A DNA stretch of 64,000 nt from Lama glama (Eukaryota). Numbering within the stretch: position 1 is the stretch's first letter; every line of letters starts with the position of its first letter. Shown here one piece after another: positions 12,659-25,081 of the stretch. The translations under genes were made by a program, and so were the position numbers. The notes under the pieces were generated by a model. The model worked only from the letters and a program-made list of their open reading frames with translations, made no database searches and had not been told where the DNA came from. The stretch lies in the NCBI GenBank assembly GCA_028534125.1, contig CM052816.1, positions 67,210,001 through 67,274,000 of the forward strand. Direction: 5' to 3'.

Positions 12659-14919
12659 ACTGTTCCCCAAGGAAAGCCTTTCATCTTCACGGTTTAAAGT
12701 CTGGTAGACAGGGTTTTCAGTCCACGTGCCTCAACCTTTTACTGTTCACAGGTTTCTCTTGTGCCAATGCCACAAACTCATTTGACCCGACAGACTAGTT
12801 TCTCTCATTTTAACGTTCTTTCCAATGGAAGTAGCAAGAGTGACTTTGAGAAATTTTTCTTATTCATCCTAAGGACATTAAAACAAATTGAGGATTCTCT
12901 TCTGCATTCCTTTTATAATTACTTGTACATTAAGAATCACGGGGAACAACCAATGATATATGGTGGTATATTCCTATTAATAAAGTCTTATAAAGTCAGA
13001 ACAAAGGGAAGATATTTTCAGAACTATATACCAGGAGTAAGAAGTGACAAGACACTGCAGACAGGAAAACATCCAAATCACATCATTAAAGCAGAAGTAG
13101 AACCGTTGTGCTGTCTGTTCCTGTCTCCCTAAGCCCCTATTTAAATAGGAAATTATTAAGTTCTTAAATAATGTATGTTACCACTTTTTATTCATTCTTC
13201 AGTTTTATTCATTCCTTCTCAACTTTCGGAGAGAGAATTTATTTTTGAATATTTTTTAAAAAGAAAGTGTTCAAGCACAATATTCTTTAAATCCTACATA
13301 AGCATGGAACCAGACAGTTTGAGGCCCAGAGAAATGTCTGTGTTTATGTGATTATATGCGATATTGATATTCAAAGTCCTACTCACAGAACACATTCCTT
13401 TTCTCGGTTATAGAAAAATAAAACAAAAATACAAAAGCATTCTTAACCTGATCAAAGTTGAGAGTGCTTTGGACAGGGCTCCTAAAGAACATGTTCCTAA
13501 AGCAATTTGAACTAACTTAAGGCTACTCTTCTCATGTTTAGAAGCAAAGAGATCAAGTCTCTAAAGAAATTGTCATCTTTCTTAACCCTTATGATTCATG
13601 TTCTCCTGCAAATGTATACGCAACATATACAAAGTAAATATGGAGGGGAAGGTGTGATACTGGGATAAAGGATAAATCTGATTAAACTGGTCACGCCAGT
13701 TTTCTGGAACTGCAAGATATTTTACAAGAAGCTTTACTGAGGAAGAACATGATAGAAAAATGCACAGGGGCTCAGAATATTATTTCTTCGCAGGTAAAGT
13801 TTTAGCTAGCCACTTGATACCAAGGGCCAGCTTCATGACTCAGGCTCATGCACCCATCACAAGGCTGTGTTAACAAAGCAACTTGATCCTCCTCTGCAGT
13901 GGGATTCTCACAGACTCCTTTCCAACCAGAAGTCATGAAGTTATTATCTCCAGTTACTCCTGCTAGGCCAGTAATCTAAGCGTCTTTAGAGCATACCTTG
14001 TTTTTCCTCTTACGCCTTAAGTCATCACCACCTTGCCTCATTTATCATGTTAAAATATAGCACAGATTTTTCACATAAAGCCCTTTTGTTAAGGCTGAGA
14101 ACTGTGGCATGCTAAGTGTTGTCAGCAAAAATCACAAGAAAACAAATACTCCTTTTAAAAAGCTTCAATCTTCTGTGAACCACACACACTATAAATTAGT
14201 TGATTATAACCCTCAAATAAGAATCATTTTTACACCCTGTTCTCGGAGAGGGAGGGGAACAACTACACATTGGCCTCTTGATGGACACCTATTGTTTGTT
14301 GTGTCTTCATTCTGTCTTTAGTCACTCTAACAGATCAAACATATCAAAGAGTTTTGGCAAGAAATCTTTCCTTCCCTTTTCAATTTCCCACAGATTTTAC
14401 AAACTTTGGCCCTTGAACACACAAAACCATACAAGGCTATTACTGTAAACTTACTCTGCCTGAAAATTAATAGACAGAACAACTCTGTATTCCAGTCATA
14501 GTCTGAAATTGTAGTTCTTAAAATTTGGAACCAAGCTGAAAATACCAAGTCAGAACAAAGGATAGTTCAGTTCCACATGTCTGGAAGAAAATAAGCACTA
14601 ATACCTGGCGTCTCCAACTCCACATGGACTAAGTGGAGGTAAAAGTATATAATTTCAGTTCCTTCCTTTACTCTCTCATTCCCCCAACCCCTCATATCCA
14701 TCCCATATTCATACTGTTTATATAAGCACATTTCCATTTCTAGAACCCTATCGTGTACTAACCTTGGAACTCAATAATGTATTTTAATCTGGGATTTTTT
14801 TCTTGTTAAAATCCAACATGTATTGGCATATACAATAGTTATAATAATAGTATAAAGTTTACTAGAGAGCTCCAGAGTCAAACTACCCAAGTTTTAATCT
14901 CAGCACTACCACTTCTTAC

Positions 14920-15005
14920 TATTAAATTGAAACATACAAAATTGCCCTTTTTGTATATAGGAGAAAAAATCTACCTAATACCATTCTACATGGTTCAATT
15001 TAATA
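14920..15005. mobile_element. MADE2-like mariner MITE
   Basis: About 80 bp with inverted ends TATTAAATTGAA...TTCAATTTAATA. Related to the better-preserved copy at 53420-53506. Confidence 0.65.
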
Positions 15006-15125
15006 GAAGTCCCTCAAAACCCATCTGAACAAATAGGAGCATAGTTGTTTTGAGTAATGAATGAGATAAGAGGAATTTGGTTGCATAATTAACTATAGAA
15101 GTAGCAAGTAAACAGTATGTTAAGA

Positions 15126-15288
15126 CAGAGCATCTCAAACTATAACATGAATAGGAATCTCCTGAGATCTGATTAAAATGCAGATCCTGATTCAGTGGTT
15201 TGGGTTGGGCCCCAAGATTCTGCATTTCTAACCAACACCCATATAATGCTGATGCTGTTAGCCAAGGACCACATTTTGAGTGGCAAAT
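15126..15288. mobile_element. MER5A-like hAT-Charlie MITE
   Basis: TTAAAATGCAGATCCTGATTCAGT...ATTCTGCATTTCTAAC...GGACCACATTTTGAGT. Confidence 0.85.
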
Positions 15289-15299
15289 ATTTTAAGATA

Positions 15300-15470
15300 C
15301 TGCCCTTCTCTGATGAGAGGCATCATCTGGGGCGTTTGTTAAAAATACTCCTTCCCAGGCCCCTCCTGTGGAGACTTTCATTCAATAGGTCTGAGATGGG
15401 ACCTAGGTTTTTTATTTTTAGCAAGTACTTGAAGGTGATGCTCATTATTAGAAAATTATGAGAATCACTA
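15300..15470. mobile_element. MER5B-like hAT-Charlie MITE
   Basis: CATCTGGGGCGTTTGTTAAAAATAC...CCCAGGCCCC...TGAGAATCACT. Confidence 0.7.
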
Positions 15471-15479
15471 TTGTAAATA

Positions 15480-15830
15480 AGAGGTAGAAACAAAATTCTA
15501 TGTGAATTAAGAAGAGATCATTTCTAGTAGGGAGGTCAGAAAAAGCTTCCCTGAAGAGATAACCTGTAAAATAGGCCTTTAAAAATGGGTGGGATGTGAC
15601 TCCCATTTTTAGCAAGATGTAGAGGAGAGCATTCCAAAGTAAAACTAGAATAAGTGAAACAGGATACTCTGGCACAGTGGCGGGGGGGGGGGCAATTCAA
15701 GTGGCTGTACTTACCTGGAGCATAGAGTTCATGAAGGGGAAGATTTTAAATATGAAATAAAGACATCAGGACTCTACTTTGAAACACTGGAAAGATACTG
15801 ACCAGTCCTAAGCAGTGACATGCTCTTAAG
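15480..15830 (-). mobile_element. L2 fragment
   Basis: GGGAGGTCAGAAAAAGCTTCCCTGAAGAG...GAGCATTCCAAAG antisense L2 pattern. Confidence 0.6.
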
Positions 15831-16395
15831 TGGGCTTTGAGCAGCAGAGCTGTTCATGACTGAAGATGGGCCAAGACTGGGCACAGAAGAATCACTGTAG
15901 ATTCAGAAGCAGAGCCTGGGACTGGAAACTGAGGGTTTAATATGATGGACTTGGGGTGAGCCTCTCTTTGTCTCAGCTTCATCAAGGGCAAAATGTCCAT
16001 TTAAACATCTAGGTGTTTATGTGATGTGTGATTTTCCAAGGTATGTTTTTTTATGTCATCATTTCACAGAGACCTATTTGTGATGGCTATGTGGAGCTCA
16101 CAGGAATACAATGATGGGAGAGTCCTTTCCAGTCAATAGTAAGGTTAGTTCCCATCATCCATCCAAACTTCAAGGAGCTTAGATGGTGTCCTGAGGATTC
16201 CTTATAGCTCACTCCAAACCTAATTTCTCCAAGAGCATTTTCTGAAGCCCAGGTCGTGCAGTGTAGTCAGTGATGAAATAAGCACGTCTTAGGAAAGTCA
16301 GTCTTTCAATTCAAGTACACCCACAAAACACCCTCCCTTTTAGACAATGTATTATTAATGTGGCAGTGTCTTACCTTTCTACAAAGATAGGATTT

Positions 16396-16416
16396 GGATG
16401 GATGGATGGATGGATG
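16396..16416. repeat. (GGAT)n tetranucleotide repeat
   Basis: Directly visible. Confidence 0.9.
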
Positions 16417-17529
16417 AAGGAAATATCCTTTTCCATCACCCTTGCAATTAGAGTGCTAAATTCTACTTTCTAATTTCTTCAAACTCATCCTTAAGTTGTT
16501 CTCCACATCACACTAGTGGTCCTCCCAACACTGATGCTGCATCAGCTCCCTTTGTCCAGAATTATTCCCAGCTAAGGGCCAACGGGACCTCCCAAGGCCC
16601 CCGTTAGCAAACTGCCTCCCTGCACTTTGAGGTCTGCTGTCCTCAACACATTTGCTGCCTAAGTGGTCATGTTGCGTCCAACACATCTCTGAGCCAGTGC
16701 TGTTCTAGTTACAATGAGTTTTTTATTCCCCTAGTTTGTGGCATTAGATATTCAGCCAAGGCCGACTTCTCAAACATTGAAGTCATACCACCTCACACAG
16801 CCTTAAACCTTTTCTTTTTAAATGGCAAATGAAATTCAAGAGCTTTCTGAGAGGAGCTGGACAGGCCTGGATAAGATGACTTGATTATGTGTGTGTGTCC
16901 TGCAAGTTTGCTCAAGATAATAACTAAGGAAATCCCCTGTTTTGTATACCAGGAACCCAGAAGAATTATAAAGTGAGTGGGAAAGGGGGGGAAAAACACA
17001 AAACACTTGAGTAAGGCACTTGGGGACAAAGGAATAATGGTTTCTCTCTTAAATTCTAAATCAGCAGTATTAACGATGCCTCCACAAGATCCAAATATAC
17101 ATAAAAATTTTTTTTTAAAAAAACATGGTAATTCTCGTGCACTTAAGACATTTTTCCCTCAGAAATCCGCAGGCCCAGCCTCCTCTCAGATCCCACGCAC
17201 TCGTCTGTGTACAGTACTTCTGTCACAGCTGAAAGGCATTAAGCCGTCCTGAAATAGCGCCTCGTGTTAACGCTTTTATTCTCTTTAATACAACACATTC
17301 TCTTTTATTCTCGTTATCACAGCCCAGTGCTGCCCCGGATGGTTAAGGCATTCTCAGCACGACTGCAGGCTAGCTTTTCTTTCGTAGTTAATGGCTCCGT
17401 GGAAGGAAGGCAACAGCAACTTGCCCGTCAGACCGTAACAGCGGCCATTTGCTCAGAGCCCGCCGCGCTCGCGGCCCTCTGTATACAGCACCGCTCCTCC
17501 TCCTCACACCCGCCTGCCAACCGACTTCT

Positions 17530-17640
17530 AGTGTCCAACCCACGTCACAGGTGAAGAAACTAAAACTCGGGGGCTAAGTCACCTGCCCAAAGCCACCAGT
17601 AAGTGTCAAAACCGGGAAGTGAGCCCAGGCTGACCTCGCC
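17530..17640 (-). mobile_element. MIR core embedded in the CpG island
   Basis: ACAGGTGAAGAAACTAAAACTCGGGGGCTAAGTCACCTGCCCAAAGCCAC matches the antisense MIR core (ACAGATGAGGAAACTGAGGC...AAGTGACTTGCCCAAGGTCAC). Confidence 0.7.
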
Positions 17641-17857
17641 CCGGGGTTTGCGCCACATGCTCCCCCAAACGACGAGGGCGAAACCGGTTTCTGGGCAGTT
17701 AGCTGCATTCCCAGGATAAAAAAGAAAAGAAAAGGGGGTGGACAGAGCCCACTTACATCTTTAAGTGCTTGGTCCTCATCAGTCACGTCCAACTCTTCTT
17801 CCGAGCTCCGGCTCTCCGAACTTCACCTCACCTCAGTGAACCGCGTCGGTGCCTCTC

Positions 17858-17980
17858 AGCTCCCGCCACTTTCGCGCTAATACAATCATCCCTCCGTGGC
17901 CACCGTACCAGCCCCGGAGCTCCCACCACTTTCGCACTAATACAATCGTCCCTCCGTGGCCACCGTACGGGTTCTGGAGC
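17858..17980. repeat. 60-bp tandem duplication (2 copies)
   Basis: 17858-17917 and 17918-17977; the first 51 bp differ at only 3 positions. Confidence 0.97.
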
Positions 17981-19045
17981 GCTCGTGGGGTTAGCGGTAG
18001 AGGTGGAAGCTGAGCACGTCCCTCCATCACAGCTCAATACGATAAGGCCTAAGGTTTACCAGAAAACAATAATGTAGAATTTGAGCACGGTGTTCCACAA
18101 AGAGGACAGGTTTGCCATCTTAAGCACAGCTATCACAAAGCTAGTTTTATGATTTTCCACGCACTTTAGTTTACATCACCAAAAAAAAAAACAAGTACCT
18201 AATATTTTCTCTTAATCACTTTTAGACTTTTTTTGTCCCAGCAACTTAATAAAATCACATGGCTTTGTTCACATGCATAAACTGAGGATTTGAGAAAATA
18301 TTAATGTGCTTAATTCTGGGTCAATTCTTAGATTCTCCTTTAGCCACCATGTTACTGGGAGGTTCATCTGCAGTAACCCATCTTTAAACAAATTCATTCC
18401 ATATTATATAAGACGTCTGAGTGTGGTGATTTACTGCTTACACCAGAGTTTGAGAAAGCTGGCCTCAGGGCTAGAGGGCAAGCTGGATCACATTTGCTTA
18501 ACTGCATGTTTGGGTTAACCAAAAACCAGCTAATCAGAATCACAGGGCAGTTCAGTGAACTCCTTTGCATCTATAAAACAGATTCCTGAAGATCAAATAA
18601 AACTTGCTTAACTAAGTGTGCTGCTCTCATTAACTCATTACCCTTGATGTTTGCTCATAAAAGCTGATTTTGGTCAGACTAGTGGTCATTTAGGGGAGGA
18701 TCCATGCCCTAGCAAACCTCACGATGACCAAAAAGCATTCGCATGAAAGAGGTAATTCTGCGTCAAGACTAGGGTCAAAAGTGGAATGCTGGAGTCTTAC
18801 TGCTTTCCGTGGCCCCATCACCTAACCTCAGGAACTGCCCCAGCAAATTAATGTTGCAATCTTTGCCAAGTTAGGAGTTGAGACAGGGAAAATCCTAGCC
18901 CTATTGTCTGTTTTCTAGGGTTAGGATAATCTTTGAGAGAAGGGAAGGAAACTCTAGTGGAACAGAATGTGTGTGTATCAATTCTTCTTGTCTTCTTTTG
19001 CCCACAGTATATCTCTTTAGCAGCTTCCTTGATAATAGAATATAT

Positions 19046-19104
19046 TTTCCTTCCTTCTTTCTTTCCTTCCTTTCTTCCCTTCCTTCTTCCTTCCTTCCTT
19101 CTTT
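19046..19104. repeat. (TTCC)n polypyrimidine tract
   Basis: Directly visible. Confidence 0.95.
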
Positions 19105-20039
19105 CGATACCTACTGTGTGTCTGAGCAGTTTTCTAACTGTTGATATGGTAAGGGAAGGAGGTTGAGGGAGCAGCCTTGGAATTAAGCTCTGGGAAACAA
19201 AATAAGCAGCCCACAGATGACTCATGTAGGGAGTTTTGACTTCAGTGTGCAGGTCTATGGAGAGATTTGGATTTGAATCCCACCCAGAAGCCATAGATCA
19301 GGGAAAGGCTGTCTCTTTCTTCCATCCCTCCTACCTCATTCCTGACCTAATTGAGACCATACCCTCCCTCAGAGACACCAAAGAACTAGATGTGAACTCA
19401 AATGGTTGTGGCTCATCCATGACGTGGTCATTAGCGGCCTCACGTTTTCCTTGTTTTTCACAGCAACCCCAATATAGAACAATAAGCACAGAGTTGGAGA
19501 CATTCAGCTACCAAGTGGAAGGACTCAGTGGGGAGAATGCTGGGAACCCTGCAGAGCAATAGCTGTCCAGAGCCCGCCGCATATGGAAGGAAATATGACA
19601 CTCCCTGGGAATATGTGCTCCCCAGGAAGCAGATGCTGATTATTACCCAAAGGCACGGCAGACAATTTGGCTTTTGTGCCTGTTGGTTTATTCACTGCTC
19701 TGATTTGACTGACAGCATTTTTATGAGTCCAAAAAGCCTGATGGTTGGGGGTAAACTGGACTTGAAGTCACAGAAAACTTCCTGATGTGTTTGTTCAACT
19801 GTGATCCCAAAAGAGCCTTGTTTCCCCTGGAAGGGAGACTTGGTACCTTCCTGCAGTTAGGAAGACTGGGATAATGAGCTCTTAAACTTCCCACCAATGC
19901 ATGGTCCCTTAGACCTCACTAATTCATGTGACTTGTCCCTAGTAGCAACAGTGGGAGTAGGAGCTGGTGTGCATATCAATATATCCAGCAAAGAATAAAA
20001 GCAATATTGTTGCATTCTCTCCATTCCCACTGAAAGCCT

Positions 20040-20470
20040 CATCACCTCGTCCCTGGAATGCTACACCTGCTGGTCTCTTACCTTAGGATATACAACAGCC
20101 TGATGAATAAGCCTAAGCACCTCTTCCATCAGATGATCTCCCTGCTCAAAAACCTAAATTCCTGCTTGCTGAAGCAAATCTAAAGTCCATTATCTGGGTA
20201 TTTAAGGCCCTCCAATATGCCTTCCCAACCTTATTTCCCAGTAACTTCCAATATTAATTCACTTCCTGAGCCCCCTACCCTCTCCTCTATTGTGTACTAC
20301 ACACATAATGCACATTTCTACTACTGTCATTTTCCTTCTAATAACTTCATTAAATCTCCTGTCTTTGTTAATCCCACTGCAGCACTGAAGTCCCACTATG
20401 CAACAACTTCCTCTTCACTGAAGACTCCTTCCTCTGAACTCCTAGAGAATGTCCCACATCAGTTACAATT
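20040..20470 (+). mobile_element. L2 fragment
   Basis: CCCTGCTCAAAAACCT...TTTAAGGCCCTCCAAT sense L2 pattern, like 50400-50500. Confidence 0.6.
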
Positions 20471-21869
20471 TAGTTATTATGGCAGAGATGGTATTTTTCT
20501 ATCATTCTCATCTTCCTTTTAAATAGCATCATATTTTTTATCTAAGCATATGACTTCCATCTAGAGACTACATTTTCTAACTTCTATATGAACAGACAAC
20601 TAAAATTCTACCAATGGCATGGGAGCTGAAATCAATTATACAGTTTTTTCACATCTTGTAAAAAAAGACATTATCTTAAATTTTTTTGAAGATTTCAATT
20701 CTTCTAATTAATAGAACTAGCAGAGAGAAAAAAACAATAAGGATATAGAACATTTTAGAAAATACTGTAAACCAACTTGACCTAACTGATATTTATAAAA
20801 GCACTAGACCAAATAATAGCCAAATATATATTCACTTAAAGTGTTTGTGAAACATTCACTAAGATAGATCACTTACAGCCTGGCTATAAAACAAGTTTCA
20901 ATAAGTTAAAAGGATTGATATTATACAGAATATGTTCTCAGACCACAAGAGAATAATAAATCAATAAAACCTAGGTATCTAGAAAATGTCCAAATATTTA
21001 GAAACTAAGTGACACATTTCTAAATAACCCATAGGTCGAAGAAACAATCAGAAAGGAGACAAAGTATGTTTAGCTGAATACAAATAAAGCATAACATATC
21101 AAAGTTTGTGAAATGCAGCTAAAGTAGTGCTTAGAGGAAAATTTGTAACTTTAAAGACACACATTGAAGAAGAAGAAAAGACTAAAATCTATATTACCTA
21201 AGATATCGGCTTAAGAAGCTAGAAAAGATCAAACTCAAATTATATAAAAGGAATTAAATAATAAAGAATAGAAACAAATGTATCATACAATAAGCAAACA
21301 ATAGAGAAAACCAAAAGCTGGCTCTTTGAAAATGTCAAGAAGTTTTATAAACTTCTAGTTACAGTTATTTTTTTAAAAAGAGAGAGATAAAACACAAATT
21401 ACAACATTAGGCAAGACACAGGAGACATGACTACAGATTCTAAGGTACTAATAAGAGAATATTATTAACAACTTTATGAGAATAAATTCAACAACTCAGA
21501 TGAAATGAACAAATTCCTCAAAAGAAATACAGACACAAGAAGAGAAAGAACATCTAAGTAATCCTATTCTATATTAAAAAATAAATTTATAATTAAAAAA
21601 AAACTCTCCATAAAGAAAACTATGGGCCCAGATAGCTTCACAGGTAAATTCTATAAAATACTTAAGGAAGAAATAATACCATCTTTCAAAAATGCCTCAA
21701 AAAAATTGAGGAAGAGACATGTCACAGTTCACTTTTTGAAGTCAGCATAACCTTGATACCAAAAAGATATCACAAGGGAAAAAAAAAAACAATACCACTT
21801 ATGATCATAGACACAAAAAGTCTTTACAAAATATTAGTAAATTAAATTTCACAATATATAAAATTGATA

Positions 21870-22343
21870 CAGCTTACTCAACTTACAATGGGGTTACATC
21901 CCAATAAACCCATCAGAAGTTGAAAATACCATAACTCAAAATGCATTTAATACACCTAACCTACCAAGCATCATAGCTTAGCATAACCTACCTTAAACAT
22001 GTTCAGAACAGTTACATTAGCCTACAGGTGGCAAAATCATCTAACAAAAAGCATATTTTATAATACAGTGCTGAGCATCTCATGTAATTTATTGAATACC
22101 ATACTGATAGAGAAAAACAGAATGGTTTTATGTGTACAAAATGGTTGTAAGTATGTTGTTTACCCTCCTGCTCACTGTGGCTGACTGGAGTTGAGGCTCA
22201 TTACAAGTCCCCAGCATCATGAGAAAATACTGTACTACACATCACTAGCTCAGGAAAAGATCAAAAGGCAAACTCAAAGAACATTTTCTATTAAATGTAT
22301 ATTGTTTTCATAAGTCAAACCACAGTAAACTGGGGACCATCTG
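21870..22343. mobile_element. Tigger3-like non-autonomous TcMar element
   Basis: TA-flanked (21868-69 and 22344-45). CAACTTACAATGGGGTTACATCCCAATAAACCCATC...GGGGACCATCTG; L1 sequence rejoins across it. Confidence 0.85.
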
Positions 22344-22734
22344 TAGTATATCATGACCAAGGTGGGGAAGGGGGACAGGGTATATCCCAGGTACACAATT
22401 GATTTGAATATCAATCAGTGGAATTCAACACATTAACAGAATAATGAAGAAAACCAGTATGAACATCTTAACAGTTGCAGAAAAAGCATCTGAAAAATTC
22501 AACAACCATTTGATTAAACACTCTCAGCAAACTAAGAACTGAAGAAATCTTTCTCAACTTTATAAAGTAAATCTGTAAATACCTACAAATAATATCATAC
22601 ATAAGGGTGAAAAACTGACTGCTTTCTCCCTAAGATTGGGAATAAGAAAGATGTTGGTCTCACCACTTCTATTCAACATTACACTGGGGGTCATAACAAG
22701 AGGAATAACACAAGAGAAATAAATAAAACGCATA

Positions 22735-23043
22735 CATGCATACCCAGATATTGCAGGTTCAGTTCCAGACCACCACAAGAAAGCAAATATCACAATAAAC
22801 CGGGTCACAGGATTTTTTTGGTTTCCCAGTGTCTACAAAAGTTATATTCACACTACACTGTAGTCTAAGTGTGCAATAGCATAATGTCTTAAAAAATGTA
22901 CATACCTTCATTATAAATACTTCATAACTAAAAAATGATAACCATCATTTGACAACACAGTGTTGCCACAAACGTTCAATTTGTAAAAATGCAGTATCTG
23001 CAAAGCACAATAGAGCAAAGCACAAATAAACGAAGTGTACCTG
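22735..23043. mobile_element. Tigger2a/MER28-like element
   Basis: TA-flanked (22733-34 and 23044-45). GATATTGCAGGTTCAGTTCCAGACCACCACAA...GTGTACCTG. Confidence 0.85.
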
Positions 23044-23204
23044 TACAGACTGAAAAGAAAGACACAAACTACCTTTATTCGCATAAAACACAATCATTTA
23101 CATGGAAAACTCTAAAAGTTTAATTTTAATAACTGTTAGAATTAATAAGTAAATTTAGCGAGGCTGCAGCATATAAAGCCAATACACAAATATTGTCTTT
23201 GTAT

Positions 23205-23731
23205 TGAAGGGGATCAGAATATGCCACCCCAAACATGCCACTTTGACATAAGGACTATTTTTAGATGAAGGCAATTGAGAAAAAGCAAACACAGGAAAAG
23301 CTCTCTGCCCTCCCCGTCTGCCTAAAAGCAGAGCATAAATTTCCCTTTGCAAAGATGTCCCCCACTTGTCTCCCATACCAGAAAGATGGCACCAAAATAA
23401 GTCTGCATAAACAAACCTTATTAACTAAACCTCATCTTCCATTAGTTTCCTGATATACTTACCTTCTCACATTTACTGCCTGTAGAAGCCCAGACCCTTT
23501 TCCCTTTGTCTAGTCATTCTATACAATTTATTACCTTTTGCTAAAATGATATTCAAGCTCCCAACCCTAACTGCTTCTTTGAGTTTAATTTCTTTTCTGT
23601 AAGTTCCTATGAACATAAAAATATTAATAAACTTGTATTTCTTTTCTCTCCTTAATCTGCCTTTCGTCAGTTTAATTCACAGAACTTAGCCACAGATACA
23701 GAGGGAAAATGAAAGTTTTTCCTCCTCTACC
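23205..23731 (+). mobile_element. ERV1 solo LTR (MER34-like)
   Basis: Starts TGAAGGGGATCAGAATATGCCACCCCAAA, has AATAAA near 23626 and ends TTCCTCCTCTAC. The 4-bp flanks are GTAT/CTAT. Confidence 0.8.
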
Positions 23732-25081
23732 CTATATATAAGAAAAAGATACTTGAAAAATATATAACAATACATTTAAAATAACAAAAACATGAACTAT
23801 ATAGAGATAAAGGTAACAAAGATATGTATACTGAAAACTACAAAATATTGCTGAGGGAAATTAAAGATCTTAAGATGTCAGGTCTCCCACAATTGATCTA
23901 TATATCTAAGACAATCCGAATAAAAACTCTGGCAGCATATTTTATTAAAACTGAAAAGCTGACCCTAAAAATCATGCAGAAATACAGTGAAACTAGAATA
24001 GCCAAAACAGTTTCGAAAAGGAAAACCAAAGTTGGATGACGACTCTATTTGATTTCAAAGATTACTATAGAGCTACATATTCAAGACAGGGTAATATTTG
24101 TATAAGGTTAGGCATATAGAGCATTGAAATACACAGACCACACAAATATGGACAGTTTACTTTGCAAAAAGTGCCAGGGCAATTCAGTGAGAAAAGACAA
24201 GTCTTTTCAAGAAGTAGTGCTAGAACAACTGGTACCTGTATGGGAAAAACCTGCCCTTAACCCTTGCCTCTCAACATACACAAAAATTAATTCAAAATGG
24301 ATCATAGACCTAAATGTTAAAGCTAAAATCATAATATTTTTAGAAGAAAGCATAGGAAACTACTTTTGACACCTTGGGTTATATAAAGACTTCCTAGGCC
24401 ACATAAAGCATGATCATGAAAAAAGCAATGAATTGGAATTCTTCAACATTAAAAACTTCAGCACCTTGAAAGATCCCATTAAGAAAATGAGAAGACAAGC
24501 CACCTTGGAGAAGATATTTACAATACATGTATCTGCCATGGATCTTGTACCCAGAATATGAAAAAAAAAACCTCTTATTTCTCAATATTAAGAAGAGAAC
24601 CCCAGTTTTTTAATGGGCAAAAGATTTTAACAGATATTTCACACACACAAAAATATATGAATGGCCAATCATCACATAAAATGATGTTTAAAATTATTAA
24701 TCTTTGGGGGATGCAAATTAAAAATGCAATGAATATCACTACACAGCTACTAGAATAGCTAATTAAAATAATGGTTGATAATAAGAAGTGTTGATGAGGC
24801 TGTGAAGTAACTGGAATTCTTATGTTGCTGGAGAGAGTGTAAAGTATTATAACCACTTTTGACAATAGTTCAGCAGTCTCATGAAGTTCAATACATACTT
24901 CCCATATAACCCAGCAATTCCACTTCGAAGTATTTTCCCAAGAGAAATGAAAACACAGAAATACTTGTCTACAACTGTCCATAGAAGCTATATTCATAGA
25001 AGTCCAAAACTGGAAACAACCCAAATATCCATCAACAGAATGTGTAAACAAGTTATAGTATATTTATAACATAGAATACTA

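Larger units (their letters stand above)
17165..18090. promoter_or_regulatory. CpG island, probable promoter of an unidentified transcript
   Basis: About 57 CpGs by hand count in about 930 bp against a CpG-poor background. Motifs: YY1-like GCGGCCATTT (17441-17450), CRE/ATF-like CACGTCAC (17541-17548), ETS core GGAAGT (17615-17620), E2F TTTCGCGC (17870-17877). Minus-strand donor GAT|GTAAGT at 17757/17756. Confidence 0.75.

Noticed and set aside
12761..13132. 123-aa ORF in unique sequence
   Set aside because: No recognisable domain, AT-rich composition and no matching exon structure; consistent with chance.
13670..13792. Open frame LIKLVTPVFLELQDILQEALLRKNM...SSQ ending at CAG|GTAAAG
   Set aside because: Bounded upstream by a stop with no credible acceptor; no homology recognised.
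17757..17819. Protein-like minus-strand frame SESRSSEEELDVTDEDQALKD ending at the splice donor
   Set aside because: An in-frame TGA lies just upstream with no ATG or good acceptor in between; treated as a non-coding first-exon candidate.
17769..18077. Three overlapping ORFs with an internally repeated peptide across the 60-bp duplication
   Set aside because: The repeat follows automatically from a duplication whose length is a multiple of 3 in GC-rich DNA; no protein similarity recognised.
19568..19580. CAGAGCCCGCCGC also present at 17454-17466
   Set aside because: A single 13-bp match is expected by chance in a 64-kb self-comparison.
24575..25051. Longest ORF in the window (158 aa, minus strand)
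   Set aside because: Antisense to the L1 ORF2 3' end; a well-known type of spurious L1 antisense ORF.
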